Shown piece after piece: positions 1-13,050 of a stretch of DNA of 64,000 bases. A program made the translations under genes and the position numbers. Source of the stretch: Octopus sinensis (Eukaryota). Within the stretch, counting starts at the first letter, position 1. The number at the start of each line of letters is the position of its first letter. The stretch covers positions 187,860,001 to 187,924,000 of the forward strand of contig NC_042998.1 of the NCBI RefSeq assembly GCF_006345805.1, read 5' to 3'. Under the pieces are notes generated by a model, which worked only from the letters and a program-made list of their open reading frames with translations, was not told the DNA's origin and did not search any database.

Positions 1-232
1 TTGGACGATTTTGACTGAGGGCTGGTGGACCAGATGACTGCACCAGGCTCTAATCTTGATCTGGCAGAGTTTCTACAGCTGGATGCCCTTCCTAATTCCA
101 ACCACTCCGAGAGTGTAGTGGGTGCTTTTTACTTGCCACTGGCATGGGGGGCCAGTCAGGTGGTACTGGCAATGACCTCCCTCGAATCTTTTTACATATG
201 CCACCGGCACAGGTGCCAGTAAGGCGACGTTG
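1..232 (-). mobile_element. RTE-LINE 3'UTR fragment (window-truncated)
   Basis: Shares CTGGATGCCCTTCCTAA..CCAACCACTCC..GTGTAGTGGGTGCTTTTTAC blocks with the other (GAT)n-tailed copies. Confidence 0.75.
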
Positions 233-990
233 TGAAACAAGTGTCTTCTTTATAAATCTAATGCTTACATTTATTTTACTCATTTCTTTTCCCTAACCAA
301 TTAACACAACACCCAATTAAAGTAGAGGTATATATGAGAGGCCATGGATACTGATTCTTTTGCTCAATAAAACTATCTTAAAACGGTATGGCAATACTTA
401 TGTTTTGTTTATGTTCCTACATGTCATTGTAATGTGTACATGTCTATGCATAGATTGCATGCGGTTGTGTGAAAATGTGTGTGTATATAAAATGATAGTG
501 TTGTTAGCAGGTTTTAATCTCATAAGAAAATGTACATTTAGGCCCCTAGTTTTCATTCCAGCTGTCAATGTTAGATTTAAATTTACCATAAAGGTCTTGT
601 TATTTAAGCTTTTGTTTTGTCTATTGTTTTTAATCACATTCTTTTCAAACCCTAAAATAGTTAAACTAGTTCAGAAAATTGAGATTTTCTGATAGCCAAT
701 GAAATTTCAGTTAGCTGGTAACTAGAATTAGGTGTTATTTGTTATTTAATATATTTTTAGTGATGAGAATTTTCAAACCTTAATCATGGTATTCTTTATT
801 ATTACTTCAAGTGTACAAACATTAGTGATATTGTAATATATTTTGTTTCAACTAATGTTTCACAAAGTAGAAATTTGTTAATCTTTTGTTTTATATTTTG
901 AACTGTAGCATCGCTCTAGACTTTGAGTGGCAACTTAAATTCTTATATTAATACTTTATTATTACTTTTTGTTTGTAAATAAACCTTTCT

Positions 991-1396
991 TACTCTTTAC
1001 TCTTTTACTTGTTTCAGTCATTTGACTGCGGCCATGCTGGAGCACTGCCTTTAATTGAGCAACTCGACCCCGGGACTTATTCTTTTGTTAGCCCAGTACT
1101 TATTCTATCGGTCTCTTTTTGCCAAACCGCTAAGTAACGGGGACATAAACACTCCAGCATCGGTTGTCAAGCAATGCTAGAGGGCCAAACACAGACACAC
1201 AAACACACACACGCATATATATATATATACATATATACGACAGGCTTCTTTTCAGTTTCCGTCTACTAAATCCACTCACAAGGCTTTGGTCGGCCCGAGG
1301 CTATAGTAGAAGACACTTGCCCAAGGTGTCACGCAGTGGGACTGAACCCGGAACCATGTGGTTGGTAAACAAGCTACTTACCACACAGCCACACCT
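991..1396 (-). mobile_element. SINE-A, tRNA-derived SINE with internal (TA)n/(TG)n
   Basis: Reverse complement gives head GTGGCTGTGTGGT (A box) ... GGTTCAGTCCC (B box), central microsatellite and AGTAAAAGAGTAAA tail. Confidence 0.9.
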
Positions 1397-1628
1397 CATA
1401 AATTTTGAATTTTGTATTTAGCATCTTTAGTTCATGTTGTGATTGCTGTAGCTGGTTGAAATAGGTTAATGCAGTAATTTGATTTCAACTATTTCATTGT
1501 ATTTTGTTTTGTATTTCATAATGAAGGTTTCATGTTTGTGTTGTTTTTGCTCAAAACACAATAATGCCTCATGTTTAACCTGAAAGTTGTAGCAATGCTT
1601 TAATCATTGGGTTGTCTTACATTTCGTA

Positions 1629-1934
1629 ATCATCATCATCATCGTTTAGCATCCACTTTCCATGCTAGCATGGGACTGGACGGTTCAACTGGGGTCTGGG
1701 AAGCCAGAAGGTTGCACCAGGCCCAGTCTGATCTGGCAATGTTTCTACGGCTGGATGCCCTTCCTAATGCCAACCACTCCGTGAGTGTAGTGGGTGCTTT
1801 TACATTCCACCAGCACAGGTGCCAGAGGAGGCTGGCAAATGGCCATGATCGGATGGTGCTTTTTATGTGCCACCAGCATGGGGGCCAGGCGAGGCTGGCA
1901 ACAGCCACGATCGGATGGTGCTTTTTACGTGCCA
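1629..1934 (-). mobile_element. RTE-LINE 3'UTR copy
   Basis: (CAT)n + CGTTTAGCATCCACTTTCCATGCTAGCATGGG, then family body. Confidence 0.8.
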
Positions 1935-2180
1935 TACTGAAAAAAAGGTGGTGGTGGTGGGAAATTCAGGGCAGATGCAGTATCTGAATTTGGAAACCAA
2001 TTCAATAATGCTAATAATATAGGGAAAATTGCCTGAATAGAAAAACTCAGTATGTTTAAATAGCTTTTTATTTTATTTTGTTAATTTCTCTTAAAATACC
2101 TAGATAACATGGTTGTTAGCAAGGCCCAACCAAGTTAACACCAATTAAAATGGATACCCTATTTATAATTTTTTTTTTTA

Positions 2181-2391
2181 GGAATATTGTATCCTCCACC
2201 ATCATCACTACAAGAACTGGAGACTGTTCTAGCTGAAGAATGGACAAAAATTCCTTTGGAAACAATTCAAACTTTGTATGAGTCCATACCTTGTAGAATT
2301 CAAGCCGTAATTACTGCCAAAGGTGGTCCTACCCTATATTAAAATAAATTTGTTTGAAATTTTAAGGGGTTTCCATTACTTTGTCCAACTC

Positions 2392-2394
<3 letters not shown>
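2181..2394 (+). mobile_element. Tc1-family transposon 3' end (transposase C-terminus + right TIR)
   Basis: 2190-2342 translates YPPPSSLQELETVLAEEWTKIPLETIQTLYESIPCRIQAVITAKGGPTLY*, a typical Tc1 C-terminus; TIR GGGGTTTCCATTACTTTGTCCAACTCCTG is followed by TA. Confidence 0.9.
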
Positions 2395-2461
<67 letters not shown>

Positions 2462-2520
2462 CCTTAAAAGTGTTTTAGCCCGAAGGCCGTGGCCATGCTG
2501 GGGCACCACCGCTATATATA

Positions 2521-2556
<36 letters not shown>
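2395..2556. repeat. (TA)n microsatellites with a short internal spacer
   Basis: Direct reading. Confidence 0.95.
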
Positions 2557-2558
<2 letters not shown>

Positions 2559-2655
2559 CGGGAAGCTTTATGAAAATAGACGAAAGACGAAGGCAGGTGG
2601 AAAACAAACAAACAATTGTATTAGTATGGCGCTCAGGAAATATAAATTAAACAAT
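2557..2655 (-). mobile_element. Penelope-like element 3' terminal fragment
   Basis: Near-identical to the start of 44554-44858; same end point next to (TA)n. Confidence 0.5.
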
Positions 2656-4211
2656 ATATATATATAAAAGAAGTTTGAAAATGCCACTAAATAAGATAAA
2701 TTTTAATTTTCTTATAAATTTTACATGTTTCAGATCTTCTTGAAAAAACGAACCTTATCAAAAATATTTTAAAAAGTTAAGTGTAATAAAAAAGTTCATA
2801 ATTGTTTCTTACTGGTCTCAACAGAATCCACGTGGTGGTGTTTTATAAATATATACCCACTCGTATACGATCTACACTTATTATATATATATATATATAT
2901 ATATAAGCCTGTTTTCAATGTAACAGCTTAGAAAAAGCATAACATCAAGTCATTGTGACATTAATATATTTTTTTAGTTGTTCATTTCTCCATTCAGAAT
3001 ATTTGACCAGTCCAGTGTCTGTGAACAACCAATCTTGTAAATACTCTCAGATGGCTGGAGCTATTGTTATGGTGGCTATACAGATGTTTTATTTTTATTT
3101 TTTGAAAGCAAAAACTTGTTTGTTTTACATGAGATGTCCATTCAGTTCTCTACATTACTGCATGAAAGTGGACAGTTATGTAGATTTAGATATTTATAGG
3201 AATCCTATGTATGGTTGTGTGGGTAAGACACTTATTCTGTAACCATGTGGTTTTGGTTTCAGTCTCACTGTGCAGTACTTTGGCCATGTGTTTCCTACTA
3301 TAGTTTTGAGTTGACCAATGTCTCATGAGTGAATTTGGTAGTTGGAAACTGCAGGGAAACTTGCTGTGTATATAAACACGTGTATATATGTATGTATTTA
3401 TGTATGTGTGTGTGAGTACTTTGTGTTTGTCCACCACTGCTTGACAACCAGTACTGGTTTGTTTATGTCCCTGTAACTTAGCAGTTTGGCAAAAAGAACT
3501 GATGAAATAAGTACCAGACTTAAAAATAAGTATTGGGGTCGATTTGTTCAACTATATTCTTTGAAGCAGTCCAATGAATGAAACAAATAAAAGAAGGCAA
3601 AAGAAGATGGTGTTTTATAACAGGATTTAGTTTTATACTTTTACTATTTTGCAGGAGACAAAATCCATTTCCCCTTGTTGACCTCCCTAAAATAATGGGA
3701 ATTAATGTTTTTCTGACACTTCTGTCGGTGGTCAAAAAGGTAGACAAAGTGGTTGTTCCAGAGAAGTTTTGTCGTAGGTTTAACCCCAGGTCAGTCCTGA
3801 CTGAGTAGACCCGTGGTCAAAAGTGTTCCATGACCACTGCCTTTCTATTTATAGAACTGTATTCTTCAGTGTATTCCACCTCTTGCAAGATGATGAAGTG
3901 TAATTTGAAAGATATTTGGCCAATATTTTTGGATGGTTGAATAACCATGTAGAGGCTTCTAGAGGGTTGTAGTTCTGGGAGGAAAGGAGAAAAGAGTAAG
4001 CTTAAGTTGGGGGTGCTGATGGAGAAAACAGCTTATGTGATGTTGTGCAAGGATTGTGTACAGTTTCTGTGTTCAGAAATTGTTGTGTTAGTTAGCAGTA
4101 AAATTAGGCCTCTGCTGTTGGTAGTTTCATCTTTTTGTTCACTCCTTTCACCATTTCATAGAATTTAACTTCACTGTATCTGACTCTTCTGTTGGTTTTT
4201 CTTGATATCTC

Positions 4212-4436
4212 CATCATCATCGTTTAGCGTCTGCTTTCCATGCTAGCATGGGTTGGACGGTTCAACTGGGTTCTGGGAAGCCAGAAGGCTGCACCAGGCC
4301 CAGTTTGATCTGGCAATGTTTCTACGGCTGGATGCCCTTCCTAACGCCAACCACTCCATGAGTGTAGTGGGTGCTTTTTACGTGCCAGACGAGTCTGGCA
4401 AACGGCCACGAACGGATGGTGCTTTTTACGTGCCAC
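4212..4436 (-). mobile_element. RTE-LINE 3'UTR copy
   Basis: (CAT)n tail and CCATGCTAGCATGG palindrome. Confidence 0.8.
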
Positions 4437-4440
4437 CCCC

Positions 4441-5270
4441 CTTCTCTACAAGCCTACTGACTCTCACTTCTTTCTCCACTACTCTTTTTCTCACCCCAAA
4501 CACTCTAAATCTGCCTTATCATTCTCTTAATTCCTTTGCCAACCCTGTAGCATTGATTCAGATTTCAAATTCCAATGTAAGAGAATGTGACATTTTCTCT
4601 GGAATTGAGGATACCCTGGATTAGTTGTGGACCTGCACTCTACTGGGCATAGGCCATCAATTGCACCACTGCTCTCCTATCCTCTGTATGGTCACCTACA
4701 GACTAGATTCCACACTCTCTCATCTTATGCCTGTCCATTTTTCCATTGAAAAACAAAATAATCCACAACTTCCGAATCCTACTGCAATCTTAACTGCACC
4801 CTTTCTCCCTGTCTTCAAAAAGATGTGCATCTCAGGAAAGGTCCTAGTAAGAAGCTAAATTGAACCCAACCCTATGCAACCAGGCACAACACTAACAATA
4901 CAGCACTCGTCACCTCATTAGCAACAGAACAATCATTGCTGTGCCTCAGTCACAGTTTCACATTACCAAGAATTTCTGTTACATATTTTCCAACCTAATT
5001 TTGCAGTGCTCTTTATATTGGAGGAACAGTAATTGCTTTTGGGAGCACATTTGAAGCATTTTACAACTTATGCCTAACCAGCCTGGTGCTATCCACTTCA
5101 ACACAACAAACAGGCCATCCTATTACTCACTGATCAGTTTGCAGTGTCTCTGCATACCATGGCACTATATATTGTTACTCATATTTATTAATTTTCCCAC
5201 TTCCTGATTCATGATGGGTTGAAGACAAATTTAAAACTACCCATATTTGAACCGAGAAACGTGAATTCCA
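4441..5270 (+). mobile_element. Decayed Penelope-like element (RT thumb to GIY-YIG)
   Basis: From 4447: YKPTDSHFFLHYSFSHPKHSKSALSFS*FL...DSDFKFQCKRM*HFLWN*GYP, matching the PLE thumb YxKPTDxHxYLHxxSxHP...GYP; downstream LYIGGT resembles the YIG motif. Confidence 0.75.
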
Positions 5271-5283
5271 TAAGTAAAATTAT

Positions 5284-5696
5284 AGGTGTACGAATGGCTG
5301 TGTGGTAAGTAGCTTGCTTACGAACCACATGGTTCCGGGTTCAGTCCCACTGCATGGCACCTTGGGTAAATGTCTTCTATTATAGCCTCGGGCCGGCCAA
5401 AGCCTTCTGAGTGGATTTGGTAGATGGAAACTGAAAGAAGCCTGTCATGTATGTATATATATATGTATGTGTATCTGTGTGTGTATATGCTTGTGTGTCT
5501 GTGTTTGTCCCCCCAACATCATTTGACAACCGATGCTGGTGTGTTTATGTCCCCGTAACTCAGTGGTTCAGCAAAAGAAACCGATGGAATAAGTACTAGG
5601 CTTACAAAGAATAAGACCTGGGGTTGATTTGTTCGACTAAAGGCGGTGCTCAAGCATGGCCACAGTCAAATGACTGAAACAAGTAAAAGTAAAAGA
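5284..5696 (+). mobile_element. SINE-A
   Basis: Head, microsatellite and AGTAAAAG tail present. Confidence 0.9.
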
Positions 5697-6479
5697 AGGC
5701 TGACCACTTTACTGATTAAATTTCACTGTAATAGCTTTTATAGAATGCCAATTCCGAAAACTTAGAAGGAACTGATTTCTGACATTCTGTTATAGGCTTC
5801 CAAAGTTTGACTTTTCCAGTTTCTTTAGATGGCTGTGAACTGTTTAATGGGAGTGCTTTAATGAGAATGATTGGATTCAGTCTTTCTCAAGACATTACTG
5901 CCAACTAACTGTTGTGAAAGACATCATTATCATATTGGTCTACAGTTAAGGCTAATACAAACTATTTAGTTTCTATTATAGCAATTAGACTTGTCTTGCT
6001 ACATAGTCATCATTGGTGTCTTTTTTTTCAATGTCATTTCCTACCATTGCTGTTTGTGTTGATTAGATAATTCTGCATAATTTATAACATGTTTGCATGA
6101 TTTATCAGTGTAAGTGTTCAATTACTCGATGCCTCATCACTATCACCAATTATCGAAATGGTCACAACCGTATCATTGTAAAATAAGAAAGGTATTCACT
6201 TTATAGTTTGCTGTTAATTTTTAATGGTTTATTTATTGATGGTTTAATCTGAAGAAAAAGGTCACGTGCATGACCTCTAAGCTCTCTCTAAAATTGATGA
6301 GATCAATGAAGTTGATGTTCATTGGAAATATCAAGTTGATGACTGCTGGAGAAACATGGTGAGCAGGGGTGGGATTCCATAGGAGAGTGACCGTCCAAGA
6401 AGGAAAGATTGGGTGTAGTGGTTACGATGATTTCTGATGGCAGAAACACTGCCTGTGATTGCTATTTAGCCCTTTTACT

Positions 6480-6920
6480 CTCTGATTGATATCTTGCCTG
6501 CTAACTCTTTATTATTGCTATCTACCCATTTTTTCAGACTACTTACTCTACCCTCTTTATATCCCTTGGTTGTATCATGCCCTCTTTGTTTCCCTGATTG
6601 CATCCTGTCCTCTTTCTTCCGACTGCATTTTGCCCATTTCTCCTCCTGACTGCATTTTGCTTTCATTTCTCTCTTTGATTGCATCCTGCCCTCTTTCTCC
6701 CTCTGATTACATTGTGCCCTCTGTCACTCTCTGTCTGTATTCTGCTTTCTTTCTCTGATTGCATCCTACCTTCTTCACCACCATGACTGCATTCTACCTT
6801 CTTACTCCCTCTGACTGTACCCTGCTATCTTTCTCTTTATGACTACATCCAGCATCCTATTCTCTTACACTTTCTGACTATATCCTGCCTTTTTATTCCT
6901 ATTGATTTCCATCCTGCCTT
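6480..6920. repeat. Degenerate minisatellite, about 25-29 bp unit (CTGA[CT]TGCAT[CT]CTGCCCTCTTTCTCC)
   Basis: More than 10 recurrences of GA[CT]TGCAT..TGC-type motifs at regular spacing. Confidence 0.75.
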
Positions 6921-8094
6921 AATCTATAGGGATCCCATCTTATTACAATTTCTTTGATATCCCAGGTTAAATTTTATATATTTTCTGCATCTCTCTCTCT
7001 CTCTCTTTCTTTCTCTCTCTCTCTCTCATATACATTCTTCTCTTTCTGTCCCACTCCCTCCCCCATTGCGTGCTTCCCTCTTTCTCTTTTCATTCCACAT
7101 ATCATTGCCTTGTATTCTATGCATCTAAATGTTATCTTTATGACAAGTGAGCCATTAAATATGCTGAATTTGCTTTTAGCACATTTAAGACTTGAATGAA
7201 TGAATGATTTTAAATAATTAACAAGTGTATGCATGCATGCAAAGGGTGTCATGCCAAGGCATTGTTTGGTGGGCCACATTTTGTCAATGGAAGCAAATAA
7301 TACATTTTTTTTTTGCCTGAATAATAAAGAATTATAAGTTAGCGTTTCTTATTGTTTGTTTTTGTCTTTCTTTTCTCCAAATATGTGATTATGCAATTTC
7401 ACTATTGATGTTACTAAATATATATTTTTTCTTTCTTTCACAATGATACACTTATATTTTGCCTATATCAATGTTTTCAAACTCTAAGCCAGCGAAAGTT
7501 AAGTTCTCTTGCTAATGTTATGGGCTTGTTAAGATTATCTTATTTCTTCCATTTATGTGTTTTTTATGACTTACCCTCTCTGTTCTGATTGATATTTTTT
7601 ATTTAGATTAATTTTTTCTCTATTAGGATTTGGTGAACAACCATGGCAATTGGTTGCAGGTTTCCAATGGTTCAATCTCTGATTCAGCAAATTTCTGATG
7701 GTGAGAATGAAAAAGATAATGCCTTTAACTTGCCACAGAATAAATATAACTCAAAGGGCAATGTTTTTTTTTCCCTTTTTTTGATTTTGGTTTGCTCACC
7801 ATTATTTGCATTCTTGTCCATTATACATGAGTGAAAGACACACAATTGTTGGGCTTCTGTACAGTTTCTGTCTACTAAATTTGCCAGGGACCAAATTGAG
7901 TTGATGCTATGATATAAGACTCCTGTCCAAGGTGCTATGGTGTAGGATCAAACCTAGAATCATGTGGTTGTGAAATGAACTTTTTAACCCCACAGCTTAT
8001 ATTGTAATTATTATCACTAACATTTTATACTTTTTCTATATGGGTATAGGTTAAACAGATCTGCTATGCAACATATTGTCAATTGTCTTGATCT

Positions 8095-8620
8095 TTCATT
8101 ATATCTTCTGTAAAATTCAATATCTTGAGACCTGACCATACCACTTTATTCCATATTTTTCTTCTTTAAGCACTCAACTTAGCACTTGTGACCATTTGCA
8201 TTTAATGTCCATACCATCACAATACTGCATACTTTGGCTGATTCCTTTAATACCTAGCTGCTCCATCATCTAACCACTTTACCTGTCTTGAAGATTATCA
8301 TTACACATCTAATTGGTCATGCATATTTAATTTTCCATTACTCTCTAAAAGATTTCTCTACTGAATGCCAATTTTGTACCATTATGTACCATCATACGAA
8401 GAGAGAAACCATTTGTTGTCAAAAGATGCATATAGCTATCTTAATTTATTCTAATCTTTTCTACTGTAATTCAATAACAGAAACTATCAAAGACTACCAA
8501 GTTGTACATGGACTGTTTTTCATTAATATCCCCACTACTAGCAACTACTGTGTATCTACCACATCTGAAGTTCCACTTTTCTGTTATTGTACCAGAGATT
8601 TCACTGCACCCTTTGCTCAA
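8095..8620 (-). mobile_element. Highly decayed RTE-LINE ORF remnant
   Basis: Minus-strand fragments HLLTTNGFSLR, LGIKGI, KKKIWNKVVWSGLKILNFTE resemble the RTE C-terminal region. Confidence 0.55.
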
Positions 8621-8701
8621 TCATTGCTTGCAATAAGTATACAGTATCAAGTCGTTACCCTTTCTGTTACTACACTCACTATCATATGGTACTAGAATGT
8701 T

Positions 8702-8921
8702 TAAGGCGGTGAGCTGGCAGAAACATTAGCACGCCGGGCGAAATGCATAGCTGTATTTCATCTGCTGTTACGTTCTGAGTTCAAATTCCACCGAGGTCGA
8801 CTTTGCCTTTCATCCTTTCAGGGTTGATAAATTAAGTACCAGTTATGCAATGGTGTCAATGTAATCGACTTAATCTGTTTGTCCTCTCTGTGTTTAGCCC
8901 CTTGTGGGTAGTAAAGAAATA
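8702..8921 (+). mobile_element. SINE-B (AAGGCGG[CT]GAGCTGGC... AAAGAAATA) with 14-bp TSD
   Basis: B-box-like GAGTTCAAATTCC; TSD GGTACTAGAATGTT at 8688-8701 and 8922-8935. Confidence 0.9.
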
Positions 8922-10454
8922 GGTACTAGAATGTTCTATTCTCTGCTACCAACTGGGTTTTCATCTTTACTATAATGACTTTTAGAATTTATTTGAGAAT
9001 TGTTTAATCATTTCATATTATCTAAATTTATACTGAAGTATAATACCTTATTTGTTTTTATTTTATCATTTTTTTCAATCCGTTTTGTTTACGTTTAATA
9101 CAATTTTGACTTTTATATAGATACATTAATTCTCTTATTGTTATTTGCTTGGTCAGCAATTTCCTTGTTTAAAATTCTAACCAAATTAATGATTATGGTA
9201 AGAACTCTACTGCTATTGGAGCTTTCTGATAGCTTCTGTTTTTGCTTATCATAGAGATATGCTCACTTGATATTGCTTGGTTTCACATGGAATGTTGTTT
9301 TAGAAAATTGGTATAATTTACTGTCTATATTTTTTGGTTACTGTAGCTGAATATATTTTGAGGTCATTTTTTCCTGACAAAGGTGTTAGTCTCGCAGACT
9401 CCATAACTATCTTCTTAATAGTATTAGTTCCCATTTTAAAGTGTTGCTTTATGGTCAGGTGCTCTTCCTGTTGACTCTTACAAGATACATATATATGCTA
9501 CTATTCTAATATACCTATTCTAAAACAGGACAAGACCAATTCTATAATTGGGATATGCACAGTTTTTACTCTAGCTGTATTATAAAACTCTATATTACTG
9601 GGCAGATGAAGCTGCTTTAATGATGAGTATAACTAATTTCTTTGCTGCAAGGCCTTTGAAAATTGGCCTTGGATGGATGACCTCAGAATGGTTTTAACTC
9701 TGAAATTTTGACGTACTGAACAGGCTATAAAGCATCTAAAATATTTTTGTTGTTCTTGCCTTTATTTAAATTAGTAACTTCTGTCTTAATAATCATAGTT
9801 TTTATTTATTTACATTAATAAATGAGTAAAGACCCAAAAGCTTTTTCTCCTTGTATCCACAATTCAAACAATGTGTAAGTATGTAGAATAGTGAAAGAAA
9901 AAGAGCATATTTAGAATCAATCAAATTAGGTATAAATATCTTGTTTCTCTGTCCACTGGACACATAGGCTTATATTACAGATGGCAAAAAAAAAAAAAAA
10001 AAGAAAGAAAACTCAAAAAACAAGCAAAAACAATGGCGCTGCCTAATTATTGATGATATCATCTTCCACTACCCCTACACTTAAATATCTTTTATTAATC
10101 TCATTAAACATTGTTAGAAACATATTTTCGTTGAGATTTTTTATTAATTGTTATTAGTATTTTCTAAGATAGTAGGAATATTTAGTTTAGTTATTGAACC
10201 AAGCTCTGGTTTTGTGTTCAGCTGGCTGTGGACTTTGGTTCTACACATTTATTGATTCCACCCTACAGGATTGGATAGTGGGTATAAGTGGTGGTGGTGG
10301 TGGTAGTGGGAAGTCTCTACACCATCTGTGTGTTTGTGTGTGCGCATGTGTTTTACTTCCTTTCATTCTTTTTTTTTCTCTCTTTTCACTTTCTATTTAC
10401 CTATTGATTCCTTCCTAGGCATCAATGATTGGTCTCTCTACCTTTGCTTGATCC

Positions 10455-10629
10455 TTATGCCAGCTCTTTCTTTCTTTCTTTCTCTCTCTCTCTCTCCTCT
10501 CTCTCTTTCTTTCTTTCTCTCTCTCTCTCTTCTTTCTTTCTTTCTTTCTCTCTTTCTTTCTTTCTTTCTCTCTCTCTCTCTTTCTTTCTTTCTCTCTCTC
10601 TCTCTCTCTCTCTTCTCTCTTTCTTTCTT

Positions 10630-10660
<31 letters not shown>

Positions 10661-10895
10661 CTCTCTCTCTTTCTTTCTTTCTCTCTCTCTTTCTTTCTCT
10701 CTTTCTCTCTCTCTTTCTTTCTCTCTTTCTTTCTTCTCTTTCTTTCTTTCTTCTTTCTCTCTCTCTTTCTTTCTCTCTTTCTTTCTTTCTTTCTTTCTCT
10801 CTCTCTTTCTTTCTCTCTCTTTCTTTCTCTCTCTTTCTTTCTTTCTTTCTTCCTTCCCTCCCACCTCCCCCCCTCTCTGTCTCTCTATTTCTTTG
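10455..10895. repeat. (CT)n/(CTTT)n polypyrimidine tract
   Basis: Direct reading. Confidence 0.95.
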
Positions 10896-11481
10896 TAACT
10901 CTATATCCTCTTCTCAAATATACAGCATACAATCCACAATTAGCCATCATTTAATTTTTTAAATTTTATTTTTATTTATTGGTATATCTCTGTTTTTTCT
11001 CTCTCTCTGTCTTCAAATATCTCACTATTTCTCTCTCACCAAATGTCTGTCTCTATTTTCAATTGCGTCTCTCTCCCTCTTTCTATTATTTGTTTAATTT
11101 TTTTCATTTAATCTCTCTACATTAGTCCTGTCTTCTCCCAATACATTCAGATAACATGATACAGCAAACACATACACACACATACACACACGTGTGTGTG
11201 CGTGCGTGCGTGTGTATGTGTCTGAAATAAATCACAATTGATATTAAAAGACAACTGTAATTGTCATAGTAACCTACAGGGTGTGGTTGTAATATCCAGT
11301 TCATATCCTTTACCTAAATACACATCCACTGCCAATATGCTTCGTCAATTTACTATGTGGACAAACACTTCAATATACAGATGTTAGACAAGCTAATGAA
11401 AGAGTCTCTCTATGGTTGCTTGACCTACTAGGAATTGCAGCTAAATCTCATTTGAGATCGAGTTCGTTAACTGTGATTTGA

Positions 11482-11980
11482 CATCCTCATCCTTCATTAT
11501 CCTCTAACGTCTGCTTTCCATGCTAGCATGGGTTGTACGATTTGACTGAGGACTGGCAAACCAGATGGCTGCGCCAGGCTCCAATCTGCTCTGGCAGAGT
11601 TTCTACAGCTGGATGCCCTTCCCAACACCAACTACTCTGAGAGTGTAGTGGGTGCTTTTACATGCCACTGGCACGAGGGCCAGTCTGGCGGTACTGGCAA
11701 TGGCCACGCTCGAAATGGTGTTTTTTATGTGCCACCTGCACAGGAGTCAGTCCAGTGGCACTGGCAATGGCAATGACCTCACTTGAATGTTTTTTTCCCG
11801 TGCCACCGGCACAAATGCCAGTAAAGCAATGCTGGTAATGATCACACTCGAATGATGCTTTTTATGCTGGTAACGATCACGCTCGGATGGTGCTCTTAGC
11901 GCTCCACTAGATGGTGCTCTTAGTGCTCCACTAGCACAGATGCCAGTCATCGAATTTGCTAGTAAGGCAACGCTGGTAAG
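11482..11980 (-). mobile_element. RTE-LINE 3'UTR copy (long)
   Basis: Family motifs with several GCCAC.GGCAC modules. Confidence 0.8.
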
Positions 11981-12791
11981 TAAGGTGTTGCTGGTAAACT
12001 ATACATAAATTGATGCTTGGCTTGGATGGCTGTTATGTCTTTGAACAGGGCTCTTTTACTTCATGTTGCTGCAGGTGAAAGTGAATACCAGCTCAGTGCT
12101 GGTGAAATGTGGAAGGGCTGAAAAGATGTCCTTGCCTGCTCATAACTATATAGGACTTTAAACAATTAGCAAAAGCATGATACCATGTAAACACGTTTCT
12201 CCTCTACAGCAAGACACTTTTTCCTGTCCTTCTATTCGTACTCTAACCTCCCATCATCTTCTTTAATATTATACCCACCCACCAGATGAGGAGGTCTTAT
12301 CTGGTGAATTACTGAGTGACTTCACTGATGTTGGTGCCACATAAAAAGCACTCAGTACACTCTGTAAAGTGTTTGGCATTAAGGAGAGCATCCTTTGGCT
12401 CACTAGTTCCATTTAAATCATCCATCTTATGCCAGTAGGAAAACAGACATTGAATGGTGGTGTGGTAGAGATGGTACATAGTACCACATCATACTTTCCT
12501 GCGAGTGACAGCTTTGTGATAATCTGTTTACTTTCTGATAAGGCATTGGCATGTATAATAACATGACTATGGTAATAAGGATGCGTATATTATTTTTCTC
12601 AATTTTGTTTTCACCGGTTTATGATTTAAAAAAGCCAGTAGTTTAATATTTAACTGTTATAAGTATTGTTGCACCTCCTTGGTCCCTCTTTTATATCAAA
12701 AGGTTTGGACCCATCTCTAATAATTAATTAGTGACATCTTAACTATTTCAGATTCAGATTCTCTTTTATCTGATTGCTTCTCTATTTAAAA

Positions 12792-13050
12792 CATCATCAT
12801 CATCGTTTAGCATCCGCTTTCTGTGCTAGCATGGGTTGGACAGTTCAACTGGGGTCTGGGAAGCCCGAAGGCTGCACCAGACCAGTCAGATCTGGCAGTG
12901 TTTCTACAGCTGGATGCCCTTCCTAACACCAACCACTCCGAGTGTGTAGTGGGTGATTTTATGTGCCACCGACACAGGTGCCAGACGAGGCTGGCAAACG
13001 GCCACGATCGGATGGTGCTTTTTACGTGCCACCGGCACGGGGGCCAGAGG
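12792..13050 (-). mobile_element. RTE-LINE 3'UTR copy
   Basis: (CAT)n tail plus family body. Confidence 0.8.

Noticed and set aside
1164-1421. Recurrent ORFs MSSNARGTNTDTQ.../STKSTHKALVGPRL in many places
   Set aside because: All are SINE-A sequence (Pol III head, microsatellite), not a multicopy protein gene.
1607-1987. Recurrent ORFs RLHQAQSDLAMFLRLDALPNANHSVSVVGAF
   Set aside because: Antisense reading of the RTE 3'UTR family; frames break at different places in each copy.
7627-7700. Exon-like segment with TAG acceptor and GTGAGA donor
   Set aside because: All three read-through frames hit stops; only an internal ATG frame stays open, with no supporting link to other exons.
10328-10962. 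Long ORFs of 149-208 aa (poly L/S/F or poly E/R/K)
   Set aside because: Translations of the (CT)n/(CTTT)n tract, which lacks stop codons by composition.
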